Of a stretch of 64,000 nt of DNA, positions 29,219 through 41,576 are shown in pieces; positions within the stretch are counted from its first letter, which is position 1; every line of letters begins with the position of its first letter. The DNA comes from the human T2T-CHM13v2.0 reference genome, Homo sapiens. A program made the translations under genes and the position numbers. Under the pieces are notes generated by a model. That model was not told the DNA's origin, made no database searches, and worked only from the letters and a program-made list of their open reading frames with translations. The stretch is from NCBI RefSeq assembly GCF_009914755.1, contig NC_060935.1. One strand, given 5' to 3'.

Positions 29219-30491
29219 TGTGGAAAGACTGTCAGTTTAGGTTCAGCATAACAGGTACTGCAATTGATGTATGCATGTAATGCTATGGTGACACAGGCGA
29301 TGGGAACTTAGTACAACTTTTGTGGCAATTGTATAGGCGTAACTCTTTCTCCATTTTTATTGACTATTATATATAGCACAATGACTAATGCATTATAGAT
29401 ATTCAATACAGTTCAGTTTCCCACCTCTTCTCTTTTTCCCTCTCTTTCTTTATAGATTTTTAAATTACAATTAATAAATTGATCCTTTTACTTTTTTTTT
29501 TCATTGACCAGCATTGATTTGCTTATTCTCAGATAGACATTAGGGCAAAGAGTATGGCTTCGTGAAAACCCCAGGGTGAGGTCTCCTTAGATTGTACCCG
29601 TGTTTTCTTGTAATAATAAGTGAATATGTTTTGCAATAGATTTGGTCAAATTGAGGATTAAACGTATTATGTCAAAGAGGCATCTATAGACGAATCCCTG
29701 TACATTCTTGGATATCTGGTAATTGGAGAGACACTGTAATAAATAGACTGAGGAAAACAGTTTCTGTTTGGGAACAGCCCTGAACACTCTGGGAAGAAGA
29801 CAAGAGTAAGAAAGGGCAGCCTGTACACTCATATTTGTAGATCTAGAAACTAGTTTGAAGATGTCTATGCTATCTCCTTTGTTCAGGGCACAAAGGGCAT
29901 CGAGAATTCTCCCTTTCTCCAGCCTGCAAAGAAATCCGTGAAGATCAAACATGAGCAGTGGGGTACAGCTAGCTGGGATGCAGTATTCCTCCACAAAAAA
30001 ATAGCTGGAGATTCAATTGCCAGAAACGTATTATTTTGCAAATCAAAGTACTCAGGGAAGTTAGATGTCTCCATGATTCAGTTGACTTGTGAGGTGTAAG
30101 GAACAAGCCAACATTCTACTATTAATATTATACTAGAAAGAGAAAGAAGGTATTTTGAAGGTTTAGTTGAAGTTCTTAAAATAAAAGAGAACACCTACTA
30201 AAGAAAGAGGAAGAGTGGCTTAATAGTTTCTGTATTATATCCTGGCCCAAAAGACAACTACCTAGAAGTCTTTGCACCTATCATAGTGCAAGTTTTATAA
30301 TATTCCAAATGTACCCTCAGGCAAGTTTCTTTTTATTATTTGTACTGCTTCTTTTCCACTTAAAAATCATTTCATTTTAGGATGCACAATTCTAAAGCAA
30401 AGACATTATTTAATTATCTAAAGTCATATGGCTATGTAAGCAAAGAACTCAAGAATTTGTGATCTGTTTGAGAGTACATATGATGTGATAC

Positions 30492-30713
30492 CCTCATCTT
30501 TAAACTGTGCTCTACAGAACTCTCAGAAAAGCTACAGATGTGGATCAAGAGTCATGAGGAGGTGAGGGATGGGGCTTGAGAGGGCAGCCCATCAGGATCC
30601 TCACCCCTGCACCAAACAGAGAAGCAGCGCTTTTATCTGTCTTATAAATGTTTCTGTGAAATATTTTACTTGAAAAAAAGTTTGTAAGTTAAACATATAC
30701 TTGAAAGCCATTA
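30492..30713 (+). mobile_element. MER112-like hAT-Charlie element
   Basis: aaactgtgctctacagaac...agcagcgcttttatctgtcttata...ttgaaagccatt. Confidence 0.6.
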
Positions 30714-30869
30714 GAGTATTGTAAAGAATATGGCTGTAGAATAAATGGACCAAGACTTTATATTGAAACTCTACCACTTACTAATGATATATTCCTGTGA
30801 ATATGTCTTATTTTTTATCTTTATTTTACTCATCTCTAAAATGGGAATATTACCACTGATTTTATAGAG

Positions 30870-31226
30870 TGTAGTAGTCAATTTTCATACTGCTATGAAG
30901 AAATACCCAAGACTGAGTAATTTATAAATAAAAAGAGGTTTAATGGACTCACAATTCCACAGGTCTGGAGAAGGTATCACAATCATGGCAGAAGGCAAAA
31001 GAGGAGCAAAGACACATCTTACATGGCAGCAGGTGGAAGGGCGTGTGCAGGGAAACTGCCCTTTAGAAAAGCATCAGATCATGTGAGACTTATTCACTAT
31101 CATGAGTACATCATGGGAAAGACTCACTCCCATTACCTGTCACTGGGTCCCTCCCACAACACATGGGGATTATGGGAGCTACAATTCAAGATGAGATTTG
31201 GGTGGGGACACAGCCAAACCATATCA
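30870..31226 (-). mobile_element. THE1 (B/C) solo LTR inserted in a MIR
   Basis: ttcatactgctatgaagaaatacccaagactg...gagatttgggtggggacacagccaaaccatatca; TSD tagag/cagag. Confidence 0.92.
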
Positions 31227-31754
31227 CAGAGTGATTCAGAGAATTAAGTAAAAGGGAATTAACATTGAGAGAGAATGCATTAATTACCAAGCTCTGAAGA
31301 AAACTCCTCAACAAATGCTGTATTTCTCCCTGCTCTTCCCACTCCTCCTGTGTACACTAATGATAATGTACTCACAGTGCAGTGTACTGTTTATCCAGAT
31401 TAGAATTTATTTATATTATCATGTGTTCTACATTACAGACACATTGGATGTAAAGATGATACAGCATATTTTACGAGAACTTTCACAGTTCCAAGGAAAG
31501 GACTTCATTGCTAATCTCTTGCCATTTATTATCTTATTTGAGTACTTGCTGTTAAAGACACTGTGTAACGATCACTCCATTTCTTTCTGGAATTACCGTT
31601 CTCTGTACTCCACAGCATGACCCTATAGACACATCATTACTTTCCAGTGTCTTCCAATCTCTGCAACTTTTACAAGTGGTCGGCTCTACCTTTCTATTAG
31701 TCACCATGATACTGAGAAAAAAACAAGCAAACAAATAAATTTAGCTAATCTTTC

Positions 31755-32030
31755 AAAGGATAGAAAATTGCAGTTATATAGGATAAATCAGTATAGCGAT
31801 CTAACATACATCACGAGAATTGTAGTCAATAATAATGTGTTGTATAATAGAAATTTGCTGAGAGCTTTTAAGTGCTCTTACTACACACACACACACGCAC
31901 ACAAACACACACGCATGGAGATAACTATGTGAGGTGATGGATATGTGAATTTGCTTGACTGTAGTAATAATTTCACTATATACATATATATCAGAATACC
32001 CTGTCATACATGTTAAATATATACAACAAA
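31755..32030 (+). mobile_element. L1MA10/L1MB-like 3' fragment
   Basis: gaaatttgctgagag...taactatgtgaggtgatggatatgt...ttaaatatatacaa. Confidence 0.75.
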
Positions 32031-32126
32031 ATTAGTGAATCTTGTCTTTATTGGAAAACTGTTAAATCTCCAAACCAAAAGCCCTCTGAAATCTCTTGAA
32101 GAATAAAACTGGTGGGTGAAGAGAAC

Positions 32127-32146
32127 AGATAGTTAGATAGATAGAC

Positions 32147-32185
<39 letters not shown>

Positions 32186-32239
32186 TAGATAGATAGATAC
32201 ATACATACATACATACATACATACACACATACATACATA
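32127..32239. repeat. Compound tetranucleotide STR (AGAT/AGAC/ACAT)
   Basis: Consecutive blocks of agat, agac, agat and acat. Confidence 0.95.
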
Positions 32240-32759
32240 GAAAGACAATTAATTGTTCAATTGCTTCTAACAAAATGAAGCTGTAACATTCCAAATGGAA
32301 AATAAAACTGATTTATAGACAGGAATTGGTAATGCCTGAATTAAAATATCTGTACTTAGTCATTTTAGATTCTCAAGAAAGGCACCGTTAAGAAAGTGAT
32401 TTAAGAAGACAATCAAAGGTACCATGTATTGAGAACTCTTGATGTGATAAGCCTTGGTAGTTGCTTTAGAAGTAGTAAGTTTCATTTTCACAATAAGTTT
32501 ATAAAATGTATATTATCAAATTCATATAATACATGAAAATGTTGTCTTAGAAGTTTCAATAAGTTGAGCTTAAAGGTAGTGTTGAAGAGAAATGAGAGAA
32601 GTAAGTTGATGGAGTTTCTTTTCTGCAGCCTATCAACAGAAATTTCTATTTTCGTAGGTTAGTCCATCTTTCTAATACTTGTTTAAGATAATGGTCATAT
32701 GCTGATGGCAAATGCCTTCCTATATGGAACTATCTAAATTAATATAGGGAACTAGAATT

Positions 32760-32985
32760 GGAGTACTGGTTAACAGGAAAATCTTTGGTGTCAGACCCAA
32801 GAATAAATCCTGGTTCCAACAATTACTAATTGTGAAACCTTGGATTAATTACAGAACCTCTCTGAATCTTGGTTTGTTACATATAAATTGGAGTTAACCA
32901 TCCCTAGTTCACACAGCTATGGTGAGGATGATTAAAAAGTGATGTTCAGATGCTGAGGATGTAGTAAGTATTCAGTAGTTAGTTG
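32760..32985 (+). mobile_element. MIR
   Basis: ttactaattgtgaaaccttggattaattacagaacctctctgaatcttggtttg. Confidence 0.65.
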
Positions 32986-33960
32986 ATGATACTTGAAGAT
33001 GTTCCCCACTTTCCAAACAACCAAAATTTAGAAGCTTTCTATTTTATCATTGTGAAATTCACCTCTCCTCATCCTCCATTGTGGACACAGATACAATTAT
33101 AGCCAGATAGAGTATTTACTAATCTTGGTCTCCATGTGTTTGCCATATGAAGCATGTCTGTTTGCTTCTGTGTCACTTTGTCTCCCTAAGGTGGGGTTAT
33201 TTTGGATTGATAGATTCTCACTCTTTCAGGGTCTCAAACTGCTGAGATTTAAAGGAAAGAGAGAGAAATACATTTCAGCTACTTTTCTCATTTGATCACT
33301 CTTGAGTGAAACAATTATTTGAAAAGGTTAAGGAAAATATATATTTGATGATTAGCAATATATTTATCATGTACCTCCTCCAAAAGTCTGGAAGCATATA
33401 TTCAAAACTATAACAAAATCAATAAACAAATAAAAAAAAAAACTGTTTCTCAATTTTACGAGTTTTAATGCCAACAAAAGCACCTTTCTTGACTTCCATT
33501 TTAATGTTATCCTTTTGATTCAGTATAAGCAAATGCCACTGGAAGAATATTCCTAGATTATTTCTGTAGTGACCATCAGACACTCTTCCTTGCATAGTTT
33601 CCCAATATATAAATCCCCAGATTAAAATATTACTTACACATTTGAATTTTGTAGATGTTTACTTCTTTTGAAACTAGCATATATTTGCCTATGTCTAACA
33701 ATAACAGCTGAGTATGGAATCTTTGCTTTTCATATTCACCAAATCTAACAGAAAGTACAGAATTATATTTAATTTTCAATCAAAAATTGTGCTAAATTAA
33801 ATGTATATATTTCATACATATAGTACAACTTCCAGATCTTCTTTTCCAAGTAATTAAAATATGTATGCCCTGTAATTTACATTTATAAATGATTACCATT
33901 AAAAAGGGAATAACAACAATATCAAAAATCAGAAGTCCTATTCTTCAAAATGGCGCCAGA

Positions 33961-34959
33961 TATAGGGGGAACCATCCCCCAATATTTCAATGTAGGTTCT
34001 TTTCTATTTTCCCTAAGTGTCAGCTGGTCTGAGAAATAAAGGGAAAGAGTACGAAAGAGAGAAATTTTAAAGCTGGGTGTCCGGGGGAGACATCACATGT
34101 TGGCAGGCTCCGTGATGCCCCCTGAGCCGTAAAACCAGCAAGTTTTTATTAGCAATTTTCAAAGGGGAGGGAGTGTACAAATAGGGTGTGGGTCACAGAG
34201 ATCACATGCTTCGAGGGCAACAAAAGTTCACAAGGCCGAAGGTCAGGGTGAGATCACAAGGTCAGGGTGAAACTAGAATTACTAATGAAGTTCCATGTCC
34301 CACTGTGCACACATTGTCATTGATAAACATCTTAACAGGGTTCAAGAGCAGACAACCAGTCTGACTAGAATTCACCAGGCTGGAATTTCCTAATCCTAGC
34401 AAGCCTGGGGGTGCTGCAGGAGGCCAGGGCGTGTTTCATCCCTTATCTGAAACTGCATAAGGCAGACACCCCCAGAGTGGCCATTTTAGAGGGCCCCCCC
34501 GGGAATGCATTCTTTTCCCAGGGCTGTTAATTATTAATATTCCTTACTGGGGAAAGAATTCAGTGATATTTCTCTTACTCGTTTTTGGCAATAAGAGAAA
34601 TATGGCTCTGTCCTGCCTGGCTCCAAGGCAGTCAGACCTAATGGTTATCTCCCTTGTTCCCTGAACATCACTGTTATTCTGTTCTTTTTTTCAAGGTGCC
34701 CAGATTTCATATTGTTCAAACACACATGCTTTACAAACAATTTGTGCAGTTAACACAATCATCACAGGGTCCTGAGGCGACATACATCCTCAGTTTACAA
34801 AGATGACAGGATTAAGAGATTAAAGTAAAGACAGGCATAGGAAATTATAAGAGTATTGATTGGGGAAGTGATAAATGTCCATGAAATCTTCACAATTTAT
34901 GTTCTTCTGTCACGGCTTCAGCAGGTCCCTCCATTTGGGGTCCCTGACTTCCCGCAACA
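33961..34959 (-). mobile_element. MER11 (B/C-like) LTR of HERV-K11/HML-8
   Basis: Reverse complement begins TGTTGCGGGAAGTCAGGGACCCC and ends GGTTCCCCCTATA; about 1.0 kb; AATAAA on the minus strand (tttatt near 34145). Confidence 0.93.
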
Positions 34960-35674
34960 GATAAGCAAACTAATAAAAATAATAGCCATTTATCAGAAAA
35001 GGCATCAAAGGTAAGGCCTTCTTTTTGATGCTAATGATATAGCCTTAAAGGAGTAAATCTTATTTTCATGACATTAATCAACTCCGCATTGACCATTATG
35101 GCAACTTCAGGTTCCTCAAAGATAGGTGATATTTATCTACTGAGCTGTTCCTTAGTGGTTTTGTGCTCTGATTTAATTTTCCTCATGTACTTGTCATGGA
35201 TTTAGAAGTATACTAGTGTCAGAAGTGAAGAGAGAAGCAAAGAAACCCTGGAGAATAAAAAGATCATCATTCATTTCATTCCCTTTTCCTCTCATTTCAG
35301 GTGGCTCTCTTAGTTGTTGATTTCTGATGGGCTTCTCAGCCCACAGTGACACTCAGTGGTGGTTGAGCAGACAACAGCAGAGAATTCGGGGAACAGAACC
35401 TCAAATAATGCTTATCTGGTGTGTTAGAATCTTAGGCATCTGATTTGAATCAATCAATAAGCAATTGTCTTTTCAAGACTCTTACTATTAAATAGTATAA
35501 CTCTCTGAATGCTGGTTCATCATCACAATCACTTTCATTAGGCATTTTACCAGAGAACAAAACTGGCCCTGTTACTGTAAGTGTGTAAAAGATAAACATC
35601 TTTTATTAGAATGTTACACTCTGTATAACTTCAGAAAAAAAATGTACACACATGCATTTGCACTCTCCTACTTT

Positions 35675-36168
35675 CAATCTTGCCATCTGCTATGGTAGTA
35701 GTTACTCACATGTGGCTACTGAATACTTGAAAAGTGACTAGTGAGACTAAGAAAATGAATTTTTAATTTAACTTAATTTTAATTAATTTTAATTTAGCTG
35801 TAAAGACTGCTACCATATTAATTATTAGAAATCTTGTGAGTGCATTTGGAATAATTTTGACATGTGAACCTACTTTTTCAACTGTAAATTTTATAAAATT
35901 TTAATGCAGATAAAGTATCTGTGATGACAATTTAGCATACAAATTAAGATATATTATAAATGTATAATGCACACTGGATTTCAAAGATTTAATAAGAAAA
36001 ACTATATATCTTAATAATTTTATACTAATTTTCATATTAAAATATTTATATATAATAAATTAAAATATGTTAACGTTGATTCTTCGTGTTTCTTTTTATT
36101 TTTGTTAATGTGACTACTAAAAAATTAATTTGTATATATTTCTGACATTATATTTCTATTAGGCAGGA
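35675..36168. mobile_element. Charlie1-derived hAT element (Charlie1b/MER33-like)
   Basis: cacatgtggctactgaatacttgaaaagtgactagtg...cacactggatttcaaagattt...cattatatttctatt. Confidence 0.75.
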
Positions 36169-36394
36169 CTTTTCTAGGTGGTACATTATCTAGACCCTTC
36201 TCTAAATATACTTGATTTAAACCAAATTTTAAATTTCCTGGGTTCCTGGTTTTTCCTAAGGTTGAAAATAGGAATGAGAGAGCAAGAAACAAAGATGATG
36301 TAACAAGCAGAGTTCTATGTTTTCTTGTTTTGCAAAAAGGCAACTTCATTAAATGATCACTTCTTTACATAATCAATTTACGAGTTATTTATTA

Positions 36395-36581
36395 GGAACA
36401 TCACACACCGGGGCCTGTTGTGGGGTGGGGGGAGGGGGGAGGGATAGCGTTAGGAGATATACCCAATATTAAATGACGAGTTAATGGGTGCAGCACACCA
36501 ACATGGCACATGTATACATATGTAAAAAACCTGCACGTTGTGCTCATGTACTCTAAAACTTAAAGTATAATTTTAAAAAAA
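36395..36581 (+). mobile_element. L1PA3/L1PA4-like 3' end (187 bp)
   Basis: ggaacatcacacaccggggcc...aaatgacgagttaatgggtgcagcacacc...aaacttaaagtataa; perfect 13-bp TSD gagttatttatta 36382-36394 / 36582-36594. Confidence 0.93.
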
Positions 36582-36594
36582 GAGTTATTTATTA

Positions 36595-37230
36595 AGTGCC
36601 TATGCTTTTCCTGGGTAAAAACTAGGGAATGAAAGAGAAAATGCTCATATCTACTGAATCTTATAAATTAGTGGTACAGACAAACACTGAAAACATAGAC
36701 ACACACATGTGTGAAGATAAACTGGGATGACTACATGTAAGAAGTGGCCTGAGTTCAATGACAGAATTAACAGAATAGAAGGTGGACCTATTAGTGTTAA
36801 CCAAAGACGTGTTCTCTGAGGCTATGACTTTGAACCCAAGGCTTGTTATATGAGTAGAACCTGGGCAAAGAACCAAGGAGACAGAGTTCAATGCAGAAGG
36901 AGACCACCTACAAATAACTGGAGGTGGAAAAGAGCTTAATGTGGTTGAGAAATTACAGAGATCTCAGTGAGACTGTAGCTCAAGAAATGAGTATTGTAAG
37001 TGGCCAGAAATGTCTGGTGAAGTTCACAAGATCTGAATATCCTGAGGCCTTGCAAGCCAAGGCAAATGATTTAGATTTTACTGAAAGTGTAATATGAAGC
37101 CATGGCAACATTTTGAAACACATGAGAAATATTTTGGTTTTATAACTTGAACTGCGTGGAAAGGTTGGTAAAGGGAAAGACTACAAGAAAATCCATCTAT
37201 TCAGACCATCCAGATAGAGGGTGTAACAGC
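36595..37230 (-). mobile_element. Degraded L2
   Basis: tttattaagtgcctatg start; gccttgcaagccaaggc...tttagattttactgaaagtg...gaagccat. Confidence 0.55.
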
Positions 37231-37453
37231 TCTATGGATGTGGCATGATAATTTGTTGGAATGTGGGGTTGGAGGGGCGGTACAGATAGAGGAAGATTGA
37301 AACTTTTGCTATGTATGTGTATATATATACTATCTCCTGCCTCACCTGAGATTATGAGCTCAGTGAAGACCAGGGTCTTTTATAATTCATCTTATACAGA
37401 CAGAGCCCAGCTTAGACATGACACATAATAGGTGATCAGTAAATAGACTTGCA

Positions 37454-37487
<34 letters not shown>

Positions 37488-37488
37488 T
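37454..37488. repeat. (TG)n microsatellite
   Basis: About 17 TG units. Confidence 0.95.
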
Positions 37489-38745
37489 AAAACAGAATAA
37501 ATATTTTTCTGTATCTCTATTGCAGAATAAATAATTCTCTTTAGAATGGCATTTGAGATGCAATAAAGTATGGCTCAAAGCTATATTTTCAACCAACATT
37601 TCTCCCACCATTTTTTAAATACCAGATCAAGTGTATGCACCAACCACTTTACAGTAAGAGAAGAAGCCACAGTAATGAGAGTTCATGTTTTGGTTTTGCA
37701 CTCTAGCTATGGCAAGATGTGTGTTACATCTCAGGCCCTTGCTAAATATATGTTGGCTAAGCAGGTGCTCCTAAGACAAGATGGTGAACTGGGACTATGT
37801 AAACTGATTGTTATAATCCTGCTTTTCCTTAGTTTTCTCTATTTCTCCATGATGAAATTCTGACAAAAATCACTTTACACTCCTCCATGGAGGAGAAAGA
37901 AGGCTATGTACTGGATGCAAGTTAAATTCTGCTTTTGTATACTCTTGAAAGGTTGGCATCCTTCCTATCCCCCTAGAAACATCAACTGAGTTTATGAACA
38001 GAACTTAATCTGGCACAACTGTCTATAAGCATAAGAAGTTAGAAACCAGTTTTGATTTAATTGATATACCTCTCTGCTTTATCTCATTGGACAGAGGGAT
38101 TAGGTAAATAAAGGTCGGTTCTGAAAAGTATAGTCAAACAAATGTGAAAAAACATGCTTGTTTTCTCAATGGAATTAAGATCTATTCAGAGACTACAATT
38201 ATATATTTGTTGGAACACTGCTTAGAATTTTATTTTCAATATTACCTACCTGTTAGGTAAGTTTTCTTTTTCAGTATAAACAATGAATTGGATGGACAGT
38301 CAATAAAATGTTAAAACAAAACAAGTTTCTGAAAGTTAATTTGACAAAACAGTTAGTGTGTAGGGATTGGAAGACAGATGACCTACTTGTGAATAATCAA
38401 TTAGCATTTATAGTTAAATGGCAACAAATATATATATATATTTTTTTTTCCTATGACGCTTTCAAGTAAATATTATCCCCTAAGAGCATTATGCTGCTTG
38501 GAATGCATTTTTTAAGTTATTTTAAAATCAATTTGCAATTCAACTTCGCAACTTCTTGCAAAATTGCAATGCATCAATCCAGAACAAACAACTCATCAGA
38601 ACCCGGAAATACAGTGTCATCCGAATAATGAAAAATTATTTGCCACAGACAATAATTAAGACAGGAATGCCAATCGCACTCAAAATCTTTCTTAACATAT
38701 GGGTAATTATTGAAGAACGATGAGAGTAATGCATCAGCAAACAAG

Positions 38746-38793
38746 GATGATCTCTATTTTAAAGAATAAGATGATCTCTATTTTAAAGAATAA
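38746..38793. repeat. Perfect 2 x 24-bp tandem duplication
   Basis: gatgatctctattttaaagaataa repeated twice. Confidence 0.95.
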
Positions 38794-40497
38794 GCTGTTT
38801 CTTACAGGAGGTAGATTTTGCTGGCTGATACTATACAAATGTAACAACCAGGAGTCCTAACATCCTAGATCAGATAATGGTTAAGAGAATACTGACCCAG
38901 AACACAGCTAAGGTAGAATGTGTCTATAGAAGCAAGAATATCAAAATGTCAGTCTATTTGGAAGTGGATTGTGTAGAAGACACAGAACTTCATTCACTGT
39001 GATCCTGGGTACTTGAGTCCACCCTTTGGCTAAGGGGCAAGGTCTCTCCATTGCCAACATGCTACCCTTATGCTCAACGCCCTTCATTCCCTCTTGATGT
39101 TGCAACCACTGCAGACACCCTATACTCTGCTTGCCAACATAGTTTTCATCCTAAGATCACCTTGATTTTCAAGACCTCAGTGACAACTACTTTGCTGACT
39201 CCAACTTTAAGACTCATTAATCCCTGATACCTTCTCCTTCCCTCTTAATTTTAAGAGCACTTATAGTCCAAATTATGTAATTTAGCAATTGTTACCATAA
39301 AACACTTTGTATTTAATGTTACATTATGAACGTCCATTTCAACTACTGAAATATATCTGACTTTTTTTAAGTCAGGGTAAATATTGTCATCACCTCGCCC
39401 TATGTACTCATTCCCAATTTGATAAAACATGACTATGAATCCCAGGAGCTGTATGACCTAGGACAAATAACTTACCTATTCTCAAAATGTTTGTTTCCTT
39501 ATATTTAAAATAAGATAGAAATGCCTAGCTTGTGAGTCTTTGTGAGTTTTGAGGGCATAAGACACTGAGTGCGTTTAACACTGTTCCGTTTTTGAATAGA
39601 TGTGTCTCTTTTGTTCTTTTTCATTACCTAGAACTGTGCTGAGGCTATTGTAGAAACTCAGTAATGAGCTGATTTTACACTTTATCTTCCTAATCCTTGC
39701 TATGACATTCTTCTTTTTCTATTTTCTTTCAGCTTCAGGACTGATGAAGTTGCATTTCTGAACTAGTATTAAAAGGGTGAGAGAGATTTATGTGAAACAA
39801 CTGAAACATTTCAGTGTCAAAATACTCCCAAATACAGAACAACAGAGTAGATCTGTGTGCTCACTCTTGCAAGAAAGGAAGAAGGAGGATCTGGAGGAAA
39901 TTGAACAATAAAGCTTCCTAGCTGAATCCAGTAAATTTTCCCAACCTCTCCAGAATATGAAAAAAAAAAATGTTGCTTTTCTGTTTTGGTAATTTTTCAC
40001 AGTTATGAAAGAATTGGTGAGAGCAGTTTAGGAGATGCAATGACACTGTATAACAGAAGAAAAATAAAAGGTAATAAGTATTTTTTCCTGTGTTTTCATT
40101 GCCATTATCAAACACTGAAAGTCTCCTGCAAGGATTACATAAAACTACAATTAACCTACATAACCCTCAGTCTCTTTGGGACATTATGCTTCTTGCAGAA
40201 TGCTGGAAAATGGACTACCTGGTTTGCTGTCCTATCCCAAACACTGAGCACACTTTCTGATACATAGAAGATGTCCAAGACATTTTGTTGGGTGGTGGAG
40301 CCCCTTTATCTGCTAAAAGGCATGGTAGCTAATCTTGCTCATGCTGAAGTTTTCTACTTCATCTCCTTTGCCATGTATAAAAGACAATAAAATGCAATAG
40401 AAAAGGCAATGTGGTTAGGTGGGGCTGAGTTAAAATGAAACTTGGCACTTATTAGCTGAGTATCCTTGAGCAATTTACTAACCAAAATAAACATTGT

Positions 40498-40672
40498 GGC
40501 TATGAAATAACTTATGTGTCCCACCCCACCAAATTAATATATTTAAGCCCTAACTTCCAGTGAGATAGTATTTGGAGATGGACGGGGACTTTTGGAGTCA
40601 ATTAGGTTTAGATGAGGTCATGAGGTACTCATAATGAAATTAACGCCCTCAGAGGAAATACCAGAAATCTTC

Positions 40673-40704
<32 letters not shown>

Positions 40705-40881
40705 AAGAAGGCAACCATTAGCCATCTGCAGGTTAGAAAGAGATTTCTTACCAGAGAATTGAATTGGTTGGCACCTTAATCTTGGACTTCCCAGCCTTCA
40801 GAACTGTGAGAAATAAATTCCTACTGTTTGAGTCACCCAGTCGATGTCATTTTGTTACGGCAGCCTAAGCTGACTAATGCA
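40498..40881 (+). mobile_element. MLT1A-like solo LTR
   Basis: attaggtttagatgaggtcatgagg...cttggacttcccagccttcagaactgtgagaaataaatt...gcagcctaagctgactaatgca. Confidence 0.85.
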
Positions 40882-41160
40882 GTTGTCCTCTTCATTATTA
40901 GCATTAGACATATCAATGATTTCCTCCTTTGCAGAATTAGACAGTCACTTACCTTATATATACCTATTTCTAAAATCGCTAATAGTATTGTTATTAACTA
41001 ATGTTCATGTTTAACTGTCCCTTAGGCGTTTAGTTGTCTGCCCCACAGACAACACAAATCCAATACATACAAAACTGAGCATGCTATTCCACCACTCACA
41101 GTTTATCCCAATGAAAGATACCACCACCAACACAGTGTTTCAGCTAGAAACTTGAGAGTC

Positions 41161-41576
41161 TGTATTAGTCTTTCCTTGCACCTCTTTAAAGAAATACCTC
41201 AGACTGGGTAATTTATTAAAAAAAAAGATGTTTAATTGTCTTATGGTTCTGCAGGCTATACAGAAAGCATGGCAGCATCTACTTCGGGAGAGGCTTCATG
41301 GAGCTTTTACTCATGGCGGAAGGCAAAATGGAAGCAGGCATCTTACATGGCAGGAGGAACAAGAGGGAGAGGGAGGAGGTGCCAAACACTTTTAAACGAC
41401 CACATCTCATGAGAACTTACTATAGTGATGACAGTTCCAAGGGGGAATGGGGACAGTGTTAGACTATGAGAAACTGTCCCTATGATCCAATCACCTCCCA
41501 CCAGTTCCCACCTCCAGCATTGGGGATTATATTTCCACATGAGATTTGGGTGGGGACACAGATCCAAACCATATCA
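41161..41576 (-). mobile_element. MSTA/MSTB solo LTR inserted in L2
   Basis: tgtattagtc...gatccaaaccatatca with perfect 5-bp TSD gagtc. Confidence 0.93.

Noticed and set aside
29587-29994. 135-aa minus-strand ORF (and overlapping 63-aa ORF) in unique DNA
   Set aside because: No recognisable domain or convincing exon structure; length compatible with chance in 64 kb
39741-39762. C/D-box-like tgatga...ctga
   Set aside because: Boxes only about 11 nt apart and no terminal stem; too short for a snoRNA
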